Below are positions 53,619-64,000 of a DNA stretch of 64,000 nucleotides, piece by piece. The notes under the pieces were generated by a model, which made no database searches, had not been told where the DNA came from, and saw only the letters and a program-made list of their open reading frames with translations. A program made the position numbers and the translations under genes. Within the stretch, counting starts at the first letter, position 1; each line of letters begins with the position of its first letter. The DNA comes from Utricularia gibba (taxonomy: Eukaryota; Plantae; Magnoliophyta): assembly GCA_002189035.1 (NCBI GenBank), contig NEEC01000010.1:2046001-2110000 (forward strand), in the 5' to 3' direction.

Positions 53619-55013
53619 TCAGCAGCATGCTCCTACTTCACAAGTAGAACTAATCAACCCTAATTTCATCCTTGATCTTGTACCCCTGCATCTCTTGCTC
53701 AACACAAACGGAAGAAGTAAACCATCCAGAAGCTTATTTCCGGGCTCTTTTTGTGCCTCGCCTGCGATGCTTCGAGCCATCCGCAGGCCAGTTTTGTGAG
53801 CTTGCGGATACGGATCCAGAGGGAGCATTAGCCATATGATGCCCATGAACCCAAGCAGGGAACCCAACAGCAGGGATTCTGCATCATAGAGAACAAGTCA
53901 TTGGGACAATATTCGAAAACACACAGGTTTAGGAACGCAGCACTTGTGAAGTTCTCAAGGAGCCTCTAAGCAACACAAAAAGTAGTCAGCTAAAACTATG
54001 AAAATCATATGGGCAGAGTTACAAGAGTAGCCTTCTGGACCCCAAAGCAAATGGGGTGGAGGTGGAGACAACATTGCTTTCTAAAATCTTTAAACTTCCA
54101 TGAACTTTTTACCATTCTATTCAGCTGTTGTTCTAGTTTTTTATCAGCGTCCTTGAAAAAGTTGGATTTTTTTTTTTTTGCAAGAGAAACCAGATGATAC
54201 TATGAGAATTAAGATGCGTTGCATGACTTCTTGCCACCAGTGATTCACATGTACTATATGCAGCATTCATGTAGTGCAATAGCGTGAATAACTTACCCAA
54301 CAGGAGCACAGCAGACTCCTGCTTGGACACGGAAGCATCAAATGCCTTTTGATGGTTCATAGAAAAGCGCAAGGCTTGATTCTCAGCCACATAGTACTGG
54401 AGCATAATCCCCAGCCGTTTGCACTCAGCTTCATAATACTTGCTCTTCATCTCAAGTTCCTTTACATACTCCTTCCTCCTTTCTCTTGATCTCAGAGCTG
54501 CATCCCTGTTCCTCATTTGCCTGCAAAATCATATCAACCCTAATCATTCCAAAGGTAACAACGAGTTCAAAAACTTCAGTTTTCTAGTTATGTAAACACA
54601 GCTTTCATTAGAGTAGGATAAAAAAGTAGCAACCTTTTCCTCCTTTTAGCGGCAGGGTCATCGTTATTATCCTCAGTATCAACCGAATCGTCCTTCTCTC
54701 CCCCCTTCTCTTCAATTGTGAGATTCTCCGCCATCCGGGGAGCAGTGGAAGGATGATCCTTCGGCGATCCGGAATCCGAATCCAAAAGCGCGTCTAGCAC
54801 AAATTCGTCAACAAAAATATTCTCGCCCAATTCACCTTCATCGTTCATAAGAAACTGCTCCAGATCGTCGATGGAAAAGGCAGATCCTGAATCCGGCGTT
54901 GAGGAAAGCCCACCGCCGGTAGGCTCATCCAAGAAATCAAGATTCAGATCATCTGCTCCATCTTTCAAGAACGCAGCCAAATCCAGTTCAAATTCAGCGC
55001 TTCCCACTTCCAT
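53619..55013 (-). CDS. bZIP60: ER-stress transcription factor bZIP60 (exons 55013-54634, 54520-54297, 53878-53619)
   Basis: bZIP (KRRKRQMRNRDAALRSRERRKEYVKELE) followed by KQESAVLLLESLLLGSLLGFMGII, a TM segment that overlaps the IRE1 site. Confidence 0.95.
53871..54311 (-). other. IRE1 unconventional 23-nt intron of bZIP60 mRNA, split in the genome by a spliceosomal intron
   Basis: The spliced mRNA reads ...GAGTCTG^CTGTGCTCCTGTTGG|AATCCCTG^CTGTTGGG. That is 15 nt (54311-54297) plus 8 nt (53878-53871), with two CTGCTG loop motifs. Confidence 0.9.
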
Positions 55014-55820
55014 CGTCGATCAGTAGCACCCAATACATCCAAACTGGAGCACCCGCTGCATATTTAACCTACTAGAAGCCCGTGTGAAAAGCTGCATCAT
55101 ACCAAGGAGACAGCGACTAGGGGTCCCTACTACTTGTTTCCCGGTTACTTGCAAGTGAAGGAGAGCTCTGGAGAGCAGCCGTGGTGAAACACGTCATTCA
55201 GCCAATGAGAGAGCGCGTTTCGGGCGACTGTCTGAGCGGTGCACTGCACCATGATTCAGCCAACAACTAAGGTGATCAATTGATATTTCGTTGAATTTAG
55301 GGGCGTCTTTGTAATTTCAAGATTGTCATCACGCACCCCAACAACTCCAACCATGGCTTCAAGCAGCAAGTCTCCACAGAATCCTCTTCAGAGGAAGATG
55401 AAAACCACGGCGGAGCCGATATGATCGGAGGACGAACGGCTTGCTCATCCATCAAAGATTCAGATCAATAGAGAGTGTGCAAGATCACTTACTGGGTTCT
55501 TGCTATCTGCATTGATGCATAAACTTGATGGAAACCAAGCCATGTAGAAGAATAAAGATGTAAGAGTCATGAACACAGTACAAAGAGTAGTGAGAATGGA
55601 AAAGTCAGCTAAATAGAACAGGGACTTCCAACAATACAGGACAGCAGCAGGAACCCCAGATCCACTGATAGTGCATAAACTTCATGGAATTCCAAGTTTA
55701 AGAACCCAGGGGCATGGAAACCACCAAAGATGCAATTTTTGTTGCGGAATTGTAGCCAGCAACTGAACATAGGCATACACGAAGCATAGGCAAAGAGGGA
55801 AACACATGGGTTTAGTAGAA

Positions 55821-56678
55821 TCACATCCTTTTTTCTTCCCTTTCTCTATTCCATTGCTCAATTCTGGCCCTCCGTTCCTCGCTTCCTTCCCTCGCCGCCG
55901 GACTCCGGCTCCTACGTGGACTCCCACCGTGCCTTCTCCTTTCATTTTCATGCCTAAAACTACCACCACGACCACCACCCCTTCTCTCACCGCCGCGATT
56001 ATCACGTCGCTCGTGGTCTTTCTCCCTTTCCCTACCCTTATCCCTCTCGCGTCTGTGATTATTTGACGGGCTAGCACTTCGGCTACGGCTCCTACGACCC
56101 CAGAACCTGGTCTGCCGTCTACCGAACAGTTTCTTCCTCAAATCCCGACCGATCATCTTAACGTGCATAAAATTGCAGTACCCACCTCGAGCGCAGTTAT
56201 CCTCCTCGTACTGCCGGCATGTGGCTTCGCGGAAATCAGTGACAGGTGAAAACTCTGCGATGATTGGACGGCCGGAGTAGAATCTCCCACTCAAGGCGTT
56301 CAGGGCAGCGGCGGCATGATCCTCCTCCTTGAAATGGACATACACGTTCCCGATCATGTGGTCAGCGAGATTATCACAGACATTGAGGCTCTCGATCTCG
56401 CCAAACTTGCTGAGCTCCTCATAAATATCCTCGTAGAAATCCTCGAAATGCTCCTGAATCTTGCGCGCCTCAATCGGCTGTCCCTGAGCGTCGACGCCAG
56501 GCGTTATCATATCAGGGCGCTGATACATATTCGCAAGAAGCAGCGTCGGAGATATCGTCGGTCGGTTGTGAAGCCGTGAGCAGCGGTCCCCGTGGCGACA
56601 CGCACCGATCTTGAAATAGAAGGGGCAGTTCACCCGATCCTTCTCCGTACCAAAAATTGAAGCCAAATGCTCCGCCAT
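55821..56678 (-). CDS. U2AF35: U2 snRNP auxiliary factor small subunit (U2AF35), intronless CDS
   Basis: [37 protein letters not shown] (CCCH), UHM, a second CCCH and an RS/R-rich tail. Confidence 0.97.
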   Translation of the reverse strand: MAEHLASIFGTEKDRVNCPFYFKIGACRHGDRCSRLHNRPTISPTLLLANMYQRPDMITPGVDAQGQPIEARKIQEHFEDFYEDIYEELSKFGEIESLNVCDNLADHMIGNVYVHFKEEDHAAAALNALSGRFYSGRPIIAEFSPVTDFREATCRQYEEDNCARGGYCNFMHVKMIGRDLRKKLFGRRQTRFWGRRSRSRSASPSNNHRRERDKGREREKDHERRDNRGGERRGGGRGGSFRHENERRRHGGSPRRSRSPAAREGSEERRARIEQWNREREEKRM

Positions 56679-58594
56679 TGACTTCCAATCGCCTCCACAA
56701 TAACAAAACCGGGGAAACGAATCGGAGGAACGTCGGCAGCCGTCTTAAGCCTTGGGAGACGCAAACCCTAATATCTGGAAAACTGCAGAAGTTCTTCGCA
56801 AGGGCTCGAACAGGAAGCGCTACCCAGAAAAATGCGCTTTCTACACGGGAAGCTTAAATACAACATCTCCTTGTCATAATGAAGAAGCAATTAAATTGTG
56901 GTGCGGACTAATCCCCTCATTATCAACGATAATTGAAAACGTTCAAATCTGCGATTATAATACATGAAAAATGATTTTGTATTAAATAATGCACGCTAAT
57001 TAAAAAATTAATAATTCAAGTAATTTTATTATTTAATTCATATCGGAACACAGATTTATATTTTCAATTGAATAGATTATATTTTCAAATTATTTTTAAT
57101 TAAAAGGTTTTATTTTTATTAATGAATTAATTATTTATCTTCGGTACTACAAATTTTCTAGATATAATAAAAAAAATTAAATAATCATAAACATTTTAAT
57201 ATTATCCCATATAATTCCAACTATGATATTTTCGATTAAACATTGATAAATAATCTTTTTTAAACAATATTCTATATAAAACAAATTTATTTTTTTTAAA
57301 TTCCAGTATTTTTTAATCAATAAATCTCACTCATATTGGACACATTAAAGCATTCTCAAACAAATCATTCATTATCACTGAGCAATACAATTTAGGAACC
57401 TCTTGTTTCTGTGGTGTGCAACGTTCAAGGCATTTTCACAGCCCCCACAAAAAAAAGGACATTTTTACTGACAAATCGAAAGCCTAGCTTCGAATTCGAG
57501 TTAATTAGTGTTTTGATGTATCAGTGTTTTTTATTGGGATTTTACCGGAACTTTTGCTTTGCTTTTCAAATTATCCTACTTTTTCAATTTTGTTTGTAAA
57601 ATACATTATGTTTATAAATTTGTTTGCAAAATAAAGGTATTTCAATTTTAAAATCATCTATAACATATTCAAAATTTTATAAAATACTTCTTATCATTTT
57701 TTAATTCATAATTTTCAAATGAATAAATGATAAACTTAATTACAAAAAAATTTAAATATTTTCAATTAATTTAAAATGATATTGAACATGTATGGAAAAT
57801 AATTAATAAGTAAAAATTACAAAAAAAATTGAATAATTGTAATAGTTGATATAAAATAAAAAATGTTATTAATTTCAATATGATACTTGATTTTAATTAT
57901 TTTGAAAATCATTTTAAAATACAAAAAATATTTTTTATTACAATTTTGAGTGTGACATTTATTATTAAATTAAATGAATAACAATATAAAAATTAATTAT
58001 TATTTTTTTATTTCGTAAATAAATTATATCATTTATTGTATTACATTTTTGTAAATTTTTTAACTAGTTTACTAGTATAGTTTTCTTTATATCATTATTA
58101 ATAATAAATTTTACTATTTAATATAATTTTTAAAAACATTATACTTTAGATTATTTTTTTTATTTAAAGATCATTTTATTCAATATTCACGTACATCAAA
58201 AAATAAGTATATACCCATTATGACGTTTTTTTATTTAAAAAATAAAAATTCAAGTATTTTGCAAATGAAAACTTAGATTACATGTAATTTTTCAATAAAA
58301 AAAACTTCCGGTATTTTACAAATAAATATAGTCTGACACACACATTTACCAAATTTTGCCCTTCGAATTCATCACCTGCTCCTTGGCAAAGAGAAAGCAG
58401 AGGAATAGGGCGATTGCAGGGGAGGACGAGGGGCATTTTTCACCAAGTTTGCAAAAGGGCAAGGTGTTACTAGTAGCTACTTCCACTATAGAGCATCAAG
58501 TTAACCCAGTGTAGTGCCTAGCCTAGGCTTAATAAGGATATACCGCGCCAAGGGCATGAACTAACAAGAACCTAGAGACATGCAATCTGCAAAA

Positions 58595-59013
58595 ATCCAA
58601 ATTGATATGAAATGTGGATAATGTAGGGGGTGGCTGTACTTCTGGGGAATGGGGTTGAAACACAGATACAAATATGGAGAGAAAGAAAATGAGAGAAATG
58701 TGGTATTAAAACACCGGACTGTCTAGAGATGGATCGAAATAACATCACAGTTGTAAGCACAGGAAAAGGTAACGAAGGAGAGAAAAATCTCCATACATCC
58801 AAATTGATTTGAATGTGGATGATGTAGGAGGTGGTTGTGCTTCTGGTGTATGAAGTTGAAACAGAGATACACATCACGGGAGAGAAAAAAAATGAGAGAA
58901 ATGTGGTATTAAAATTCGCTCAAGATTAGTTCATTGACAACAAAGCATCCGACTGAAACAATGCTGAATCGAAATAACATCATAGTTGTAAGCAAAAGAA
59001 AGGGTAACGAAGG
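58595..59013. repeat. Diverged tandem duplication (~184 bp and ~217 bp units) in the RPL35 3' region
   Basis: Units 58595-58778 and 58797-59013 share ATCCAAATTGAT, GTTGAAACA, AAAATGAGAGAAATGTGGTATTAAAA, ATCGAAATAACATCA.AGTTGTAAGCA and GGTAACGAAGG. Confidence 0.88.
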
Positions 59014-59039
59014 CTGCCTTCAACATATGACAAAAAAGC

Positions 59040-59577
59040 TCAAACCTTGACAGCATACTTTCTCAAAGGGAAATACATATCCTTCTTCCTCTGTTTTTCA
59101 GTCTTCAGTGATGCCTAGCAAATTCAAACCATTCGAATTTCATCAAGGTTCAAGCACATAAACAATTGGTTTTGTTTTCACAACACTGAGAAGAACATGC
59201 GGAAGAGAACCTGATGCTTGGTAAGACGGCGGCGGATGGCACGCGTCTTCTTAGGGCGGAGATCCAAAGGCAGATACTTTTTGTTCTTGTACGCTTCCCT
59301 GAGAGCCCCTTTCTGCTTCTGCGAAATCACGGTGAGCACCTGAGCAATCGAGAGCCTAACTACCTTGATCTTGGCGAGCTTGTTAGGGGCGCCGCCGGTG
59401 ACTTTTGCCACCCGGAGAAGCGATAACTCCGCCTTCAGGTCTTTCAGCTGCGCCAACAGCTCCGCCTTGTTCTTCTGCCGAAGCTCGTGAACCTTGATCC
59501 GAGCTGCAAACAACGAGCCTATCAGAAGGAACCATCTTGGGGCGAATCAACATCCAGTACATGCTTTTCTTACCCAT
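59040..59577 (-). CDS. RPL35: 60S ribosomal protein L35 (uL29), 3 exons
   Basis: ATGG|CTCGGATCAAG gives [10 protein letters not shown]...[20 protein letters not shown]|[24 protein letters not shown]. Confidence 0.97.
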
Positions 59578-59616
59578 CTCCTTTTCTCTTCGACGAGAAG
59601 AAGCAGCCTTCACACG

Positions 59617-59768
59617 AACCCTAATTTAATTTTTATACAGCATCAACAGGCAGGCCTATTGGTTTGGGCCTTTGGTTCGGTTATTGGGTTATATTTTGGG
59701 GTCTAAAACGAAATAAATAAACTTAGGAGGCAGAAAAAGAAAATTGGGAGGAATTGAATTATTGGGCT
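59617..59768. promoter_or_regulatory. Short divergent promoter with a telo-box-like motif and site II motifs
   Basis: AACCCTAA at 59617, TGGGCC at 59665 and TGGGCT at 59763. Only 281 bp separate the RPL35 ATG and the 59859 ATG. Confidence 0.6.
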
Positions 59769-59858
59769 GCAGGTTGAAAGCATAACGGCTCTCTTCTGTG
59801 TTCCATTACAAAATCCAACGGTCGTTTTCTTGAGCTTTGATGTCTGCACTTTAGGGAC

Positions 59859-61807
59859 ATGGATGCCGAAAGAAGGCGGAGAAGAGCAAAGTTTACATCT
59901 CCTTCGAATCGGAATCCGCTACAAGAAAATGTCTGCAGGGTTCAAATCCCTAAACCGAACGGAAAGCTTGGCTCAAATCGATCGGCGTCGTCATCATTTT
60001 CTTCGTGTCATTTTCCCTTAGAAGCTTTAAGAAAAGCGAAATCGGAGGTGAAGCCCAAGAAATCGGAAGCAATTGAGGTGAAAAGGAAGCCCTTTTCGCG
60101 AGGAGGGATCAGGAGTCTTAGCGAGGAAAAGAGCTTGAAGAGCAATGGCAATTTCGGTGGCAAATGTAGAAAGATCCCGTCTCGCATTCCTGAGAAGAAA
60201 CTGAAAAAGGGGTTTGAGGATTTTGGTAAAAATATGAAAGATAGGAAAATACAGGGTTTATTTAAACAGCAAGCGGCCTCAGCTGAGAAATGTACTCCCA
60301 TGGTGAAAGCGGTATTTGTTGGCGATTTCGATTTTGAGAGATCTGTAAACTCGAATGGTGATTGTGGTAATAATTCTGATTCGGTGAAGACTCCTCCTGT
60401 TGAGGCTTCAATATCTCCTGAAATTCAGTTTCAGTCCAACTGTGAATCTCTGGTTTTGAAGTCTGGAGCTGCACCTGTCGTCTACGGTGCTGGACACCTT
60501 TTATCCGGGGTAACTGATAAGAGGAAGTGCCGTCGTAGAGGCAGCCTTCGAGGTGGCGTTGAGAAACCAGTTATATGTAACGATATAGATGGAACAAGTT
60601 TATTCAATGATTCCATTCCAGACAAGTCCACGGTTCCTCTGCTTGGTGAGGCTTCAGTTAGATGGCTTCCATCTGACTGTATGGTATCACCTTCTTCTTC
60701 CTGCAGAGATGATTCTGACATGTTTCCAGGTGAAATTAGCTTTGGAAGCAGCGTTGTTCATTCAGAAGCAGAACCTTTAGGTGAAACCTTGGAAAGGATG
60801 AGCTTTTCCACAAGCTGCAGTTCCTCGGGGGAAAAGATTTTGGTTTGAGTTTGCATCTTCCAAGAGTGTCCGGCTCGTGCTCATCCGATGGTGGAGTGGA
60901 GAATATGAGCCTGAAAATATCATGGCAGGACAGTTCAGTTGGTAGAACAGCATTAGCTAGTGAACTTGATAATTGCTTCTTATTGAATGAAGACGAATTT
61001 GGGGTAGAACCTGAAAAAACATATCTTGATTCTTGGGAATCGGCTACTTTTTTGGAAACTATGGTGCAGCCCCGCTCGAGCATACCATTGCAGAAGAATT
61101 CAGTTGTGAGTACAATATGTGATGAACTTGACAGCTGCTGCTTATCTGATGAAAAGATTAGCAATAATAGCTGTAGTGGCAGCTTTGATGAAAGAACAGC
61201 GAAAGAAGAAACCTATCTTCCTTCATGGCAATTTGATGCCTCAGTAGACACTACAGCGCAACACCAAGTGAGGATTCCAAGGCAGGATAAATCATTTTAC
61301 AGAACAAGTGAAAATGCTGAGTCTGATCCCCACCGTTTATCTAATGAAGAGATCAGTGAGCAGAGCAACGTCCAAGTTCCCCTTAAAGCGAGGGAAAGTT
61401 ATCTTTCTTCTTGGGAATCTGATGCTACAGTAAAAAGCATGGAGCAATTCAAGTTGAGGATATCGTGGAAGGACAATCCAATTGATAGAACTTGCAGGAC
61501 AAACATATTTGTCCCCTGCTGCTTATCCAATGAAGGGAGCATTGATCAGGGCTCCAATGAATCTGATTTCCAAGCCAAAGAACCTGATTTTCAAGCAGAA
61601 CTGGATGAAGATCGAGATAATTGTGTAAGGCTAGACACTGATCTGTCCCCTGTTGTTCTTGACTATGAACCTATCATTCCCTCAAGAACAAAGGAGAAAC
61701 TGTTAACACAAACAGGTAGTGATGAATGTGCTGAATCTATCATCTTGAATGCCGGAAGCTTGGCTGCTTCCAACGATTCAGATTGGTGTCACTTCTATGC
61801 ACATTAG
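59859..61807 (+). CDS. Uncharacterised plant protein (~650 aa if one A is added at ~60832) with internal repeats
   Basis: ORFs 59859..60848 and 60845..61807 abut at GGGGGAAAAG. Motifs include VKTPPVEASISPEIQ and GHLLSGVTDKRKCRRRG, plus repeated YLxSW and ELDxCxL units. Confidence 0.8.
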
Positions 61808-63499
61808 TAGTTCCTCTAAGAGTGTCTATTGTTCTTGCTCCATGATGCAAGACTGTATGACTTGACAGTTGTAGTACTTCTTTAACTTCATTTGGTTATA
61901 GCGCCTCCCCTGGTTTACCTTAGCATCTCTGTAATATCTAGGCTTTGTGATGTGATGTTATGAACTCAAACGTTTATCATGAATGTGTAATAGAATGTTA
62001 GTTCTGGCAACAATAGAACTGTTTTCAAGTTTAGTTTAGTTTCATTTTGCAATAGTATGTATAAATGGATCCTGACTGGATGTCTTACACATCAAATTTA
62101 TAACCTTTCTTTCGACTTCTACTTATTGTATGAAGTTAATAAGTTTTTAGATGCCTTGATGATTTCATATAATATTGATTTACTGTTTCGTATGTTTCAT
62201 TGATATATAATGGTTTTTATTTTTATTAGTAAATTTTTAAAATCATAAAAAAACCAAACTAAAACCCCAAAATGATGATAAATGACTCTTATCATTTAAA
62301 TTTTTAATTTTTTTATAGTTTTTTATTGTTTTAAATCCTTTTTATCTAGCTTTTTTTATACTCTTTAATGGTTTTTGTATATTTGCTATCCATTTAATTT
62401 TTTTAGATCTATGGTGCCTAAGGATCTATTTAATTTAATTTATTTTTTTGTTATCGATTTAATTTATTCATTAAGGATCCATAATGAAGCCATATCTCAC
62501 AAATTCTTGTGTTAATGTTTTAATATGTTATTTGATATTTAATTTGAAGTTTTTATTTTATTTTATATAAAGTTTTTTATTATTGTGTTTCTCATTATTA
62601 TTAAACCCTAAAAGCATGTGAGAAACTCTAGTATTAGGCTCAAACACTTAAGAAGAATGACTCGATTAAACATCATTTTCGAATTACATTTGATAGTTAT
62701 AGTAGTTAAAATCAAATATAATAAAAATTTCAAAATCGAAACCAAACCAACAACCTAAATTACCAATTAATTATTAATTGATATTGTCTATTTAATCCAT
62801 TTTCAATTCAAAATATATATCCACAGTTTATTTTCAGGAATTTCAATATAAAACTGATGCTAAACCAATTTCCAATCAATATGTTATTTTTTTTTTTCAA
62901 AAAAATGTATCAACTCCAACCAATTTCCAGTACGAAATAAATATCATAATTTATGGAGCATTTATTATTTAATGAGTCAATGGAACAAGTCAATAGTGTC
63001 CCCTCCTTAGCAACTTGGTTGATGGATATGAAGAGCATTAATCGAAAAAAAAAACCTCAAGTCAACGATGTCTGAATTGGTTAAGTTAAATGGTGGAATG
63101 GGTTTTGGCAAGAGACATTTTCTGTCAAAAAACGACAATAAGAAGTACAGTTTTAGAACTCAAAAGACAAGATACTACTGATTCTGTGCACACACAACAA
63201 TAAGACATAAGAAACTATGGGCATCGTCTTCCCGTCGAAGCCTTTATGGGATGAAAGCATTTTGAATGAATCTGATAGTAGAAATTGATGCACACTGCCC
63301 CAGCGGGTGTTATTGAATAGAATGTATGAATGCGGTCTTGGCCTTCCCTCCCCTTGGGAACCTTGTCTTGCTTTAAAATTGTTAGGGGATGCTGCAAGTA
63401 AGAGAGGCAGGAAGTTAGACAAAGAAACATGTAGGTTTTGAGTTTATAATGGGAGTTACTTACAGGAAGGATCAGCGGAAGCACTGACTTCCTTGTAGC

Positions 63500-64000
63500 T
63501 TAGTACTTGTATGGTGGAGGTGGGGATGAATAGATGTATGTGGGAGGTGGGGGAGGAGATGTGTAAGGGTAAGGAGGTGGTGGTGATGGGGAGGGAGGTG
63601 GAGGCGATTTGTATACATATGGAGGTGGTGGTGAGGGTGATGGTGGAGGAGGAGACTTGTAAATGTAAGGAGGTGGAGGTGATGGAGATGGTGGAGGAGG
63701 AGACTTGTACACATAAGGAGGTGGTGGTGAGGGTGATGGTGGAGGAGGAGATTTGTAGATGTAAGGAGGTGGTGGTGATGGAGATGGGGGAGGTGGAGAT
63801 TTGTAGACATAAGGAGGTGGCGGTGAGGGTGATGGGGGAGGCGGAGATTTGTAAATGTAAGGAGGTGGTGGTGATGGAGATGGTGGAGGTGGAGATTTGT
63901 AGATGTAAGGAGGCGGCGGTGAGGGTGATGGTGGAGGCGGAGATTTGTAGACATAAGGAGGTGGTGGTGATGGAGATGGGGGAGGAGGAGACTTGTAAAC
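63500..64000 (-). CDS. Extensin (Ser-Pro4 HRGP), C-terminal part; 5' end lies beyond the window
   Basis: Open frame from the window edge to TAA at 63500, with nine 16-aa repeats (V/I)YKSPPPPSPSPPPPY followed by TYIYSSPPPPYKY*. Confidence 0.95.
   Translation of the reverse strand, partial: VYKSPPPPSPSPPPPYVYKSPPPPSPSPPPPYIYKSPPPPSPSPPPPYIYKSPPPPSPSPPPPYVYKSPPPPSPSPPPPYIYKSPPPPSPSPPPPYVYKSPPPPSPSPPPPYIYKSPPPPSPSPPPPYVYKSPPPPSPSPPPPYPYTSPPPPPTYIYSSPPPPYKY

Noticed and set aside
55256-55332. Box C (GTGATGA) and box D (CTGA) pair on the minus strand, snoRNA-like
   Set aside because: No terminal stem or recognisable rRNA-antisense guide. A few such pairs are expected by chance in 64 kb.
56950-58370. 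Long AT-rich spacers (also 61980-62900, 32180-32620) as transposons or repeat arrays
   Set aside because: No terminal repeats, TSDs, periodicity or coding remnants were discernible by eye.
58460-58569. H/ACA snoRNA-like AGAGCA ... ACA arrangement
   Set aside because: The first hairpin is too weak and short, and the spacing is atypical. A covariance-model scan would be needed to support it.
63472-63954. His/Leu-rich 160-aa ORF
   Set aside because: It is an alternative frame of the extensin repeat.

Overview
This is gene-dense nuclear DNA from a eudicot plant, with about 22 protein-coding genes in 64 kb, short GT-AG introns, AT-rich spacers and only MITE-sized repeats. I found no prokaryotic features, CRISPR arrays, rRNA or tRNA. 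Gene order: two tandem malectin-like (CrRLK1L) receptor kinases, RH39, SOL1 carboxypeptidase, catalase, an mTERF array (3 genes plus 1 fragment), NOP2, a PBL-type RLCK, TANGO2, CCDC115/Vma22, GAPB, a RING-H2 ATL, SWI3B, an RRM protein, an ARID-Hsp20 protein, bZIP60, U2AF35, RPL35, a repeat-expanded unknown protein and an extensin. The most notable candidate is the second receptor kinase. It appears to continue through a phase-compatible intron into a complete RLCK-VII-type kinase, giving a malectin-TM-kinase-kinase (tandem kinase) receptor. Many conserved genes carry single-base deletions in short homopolymers, so most frameshifts here look like assembly errors rather than pseudogenisation. 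The compactness suggests a small Lamiales-type genome, which is inference only. All exon coordinates were read by eye.
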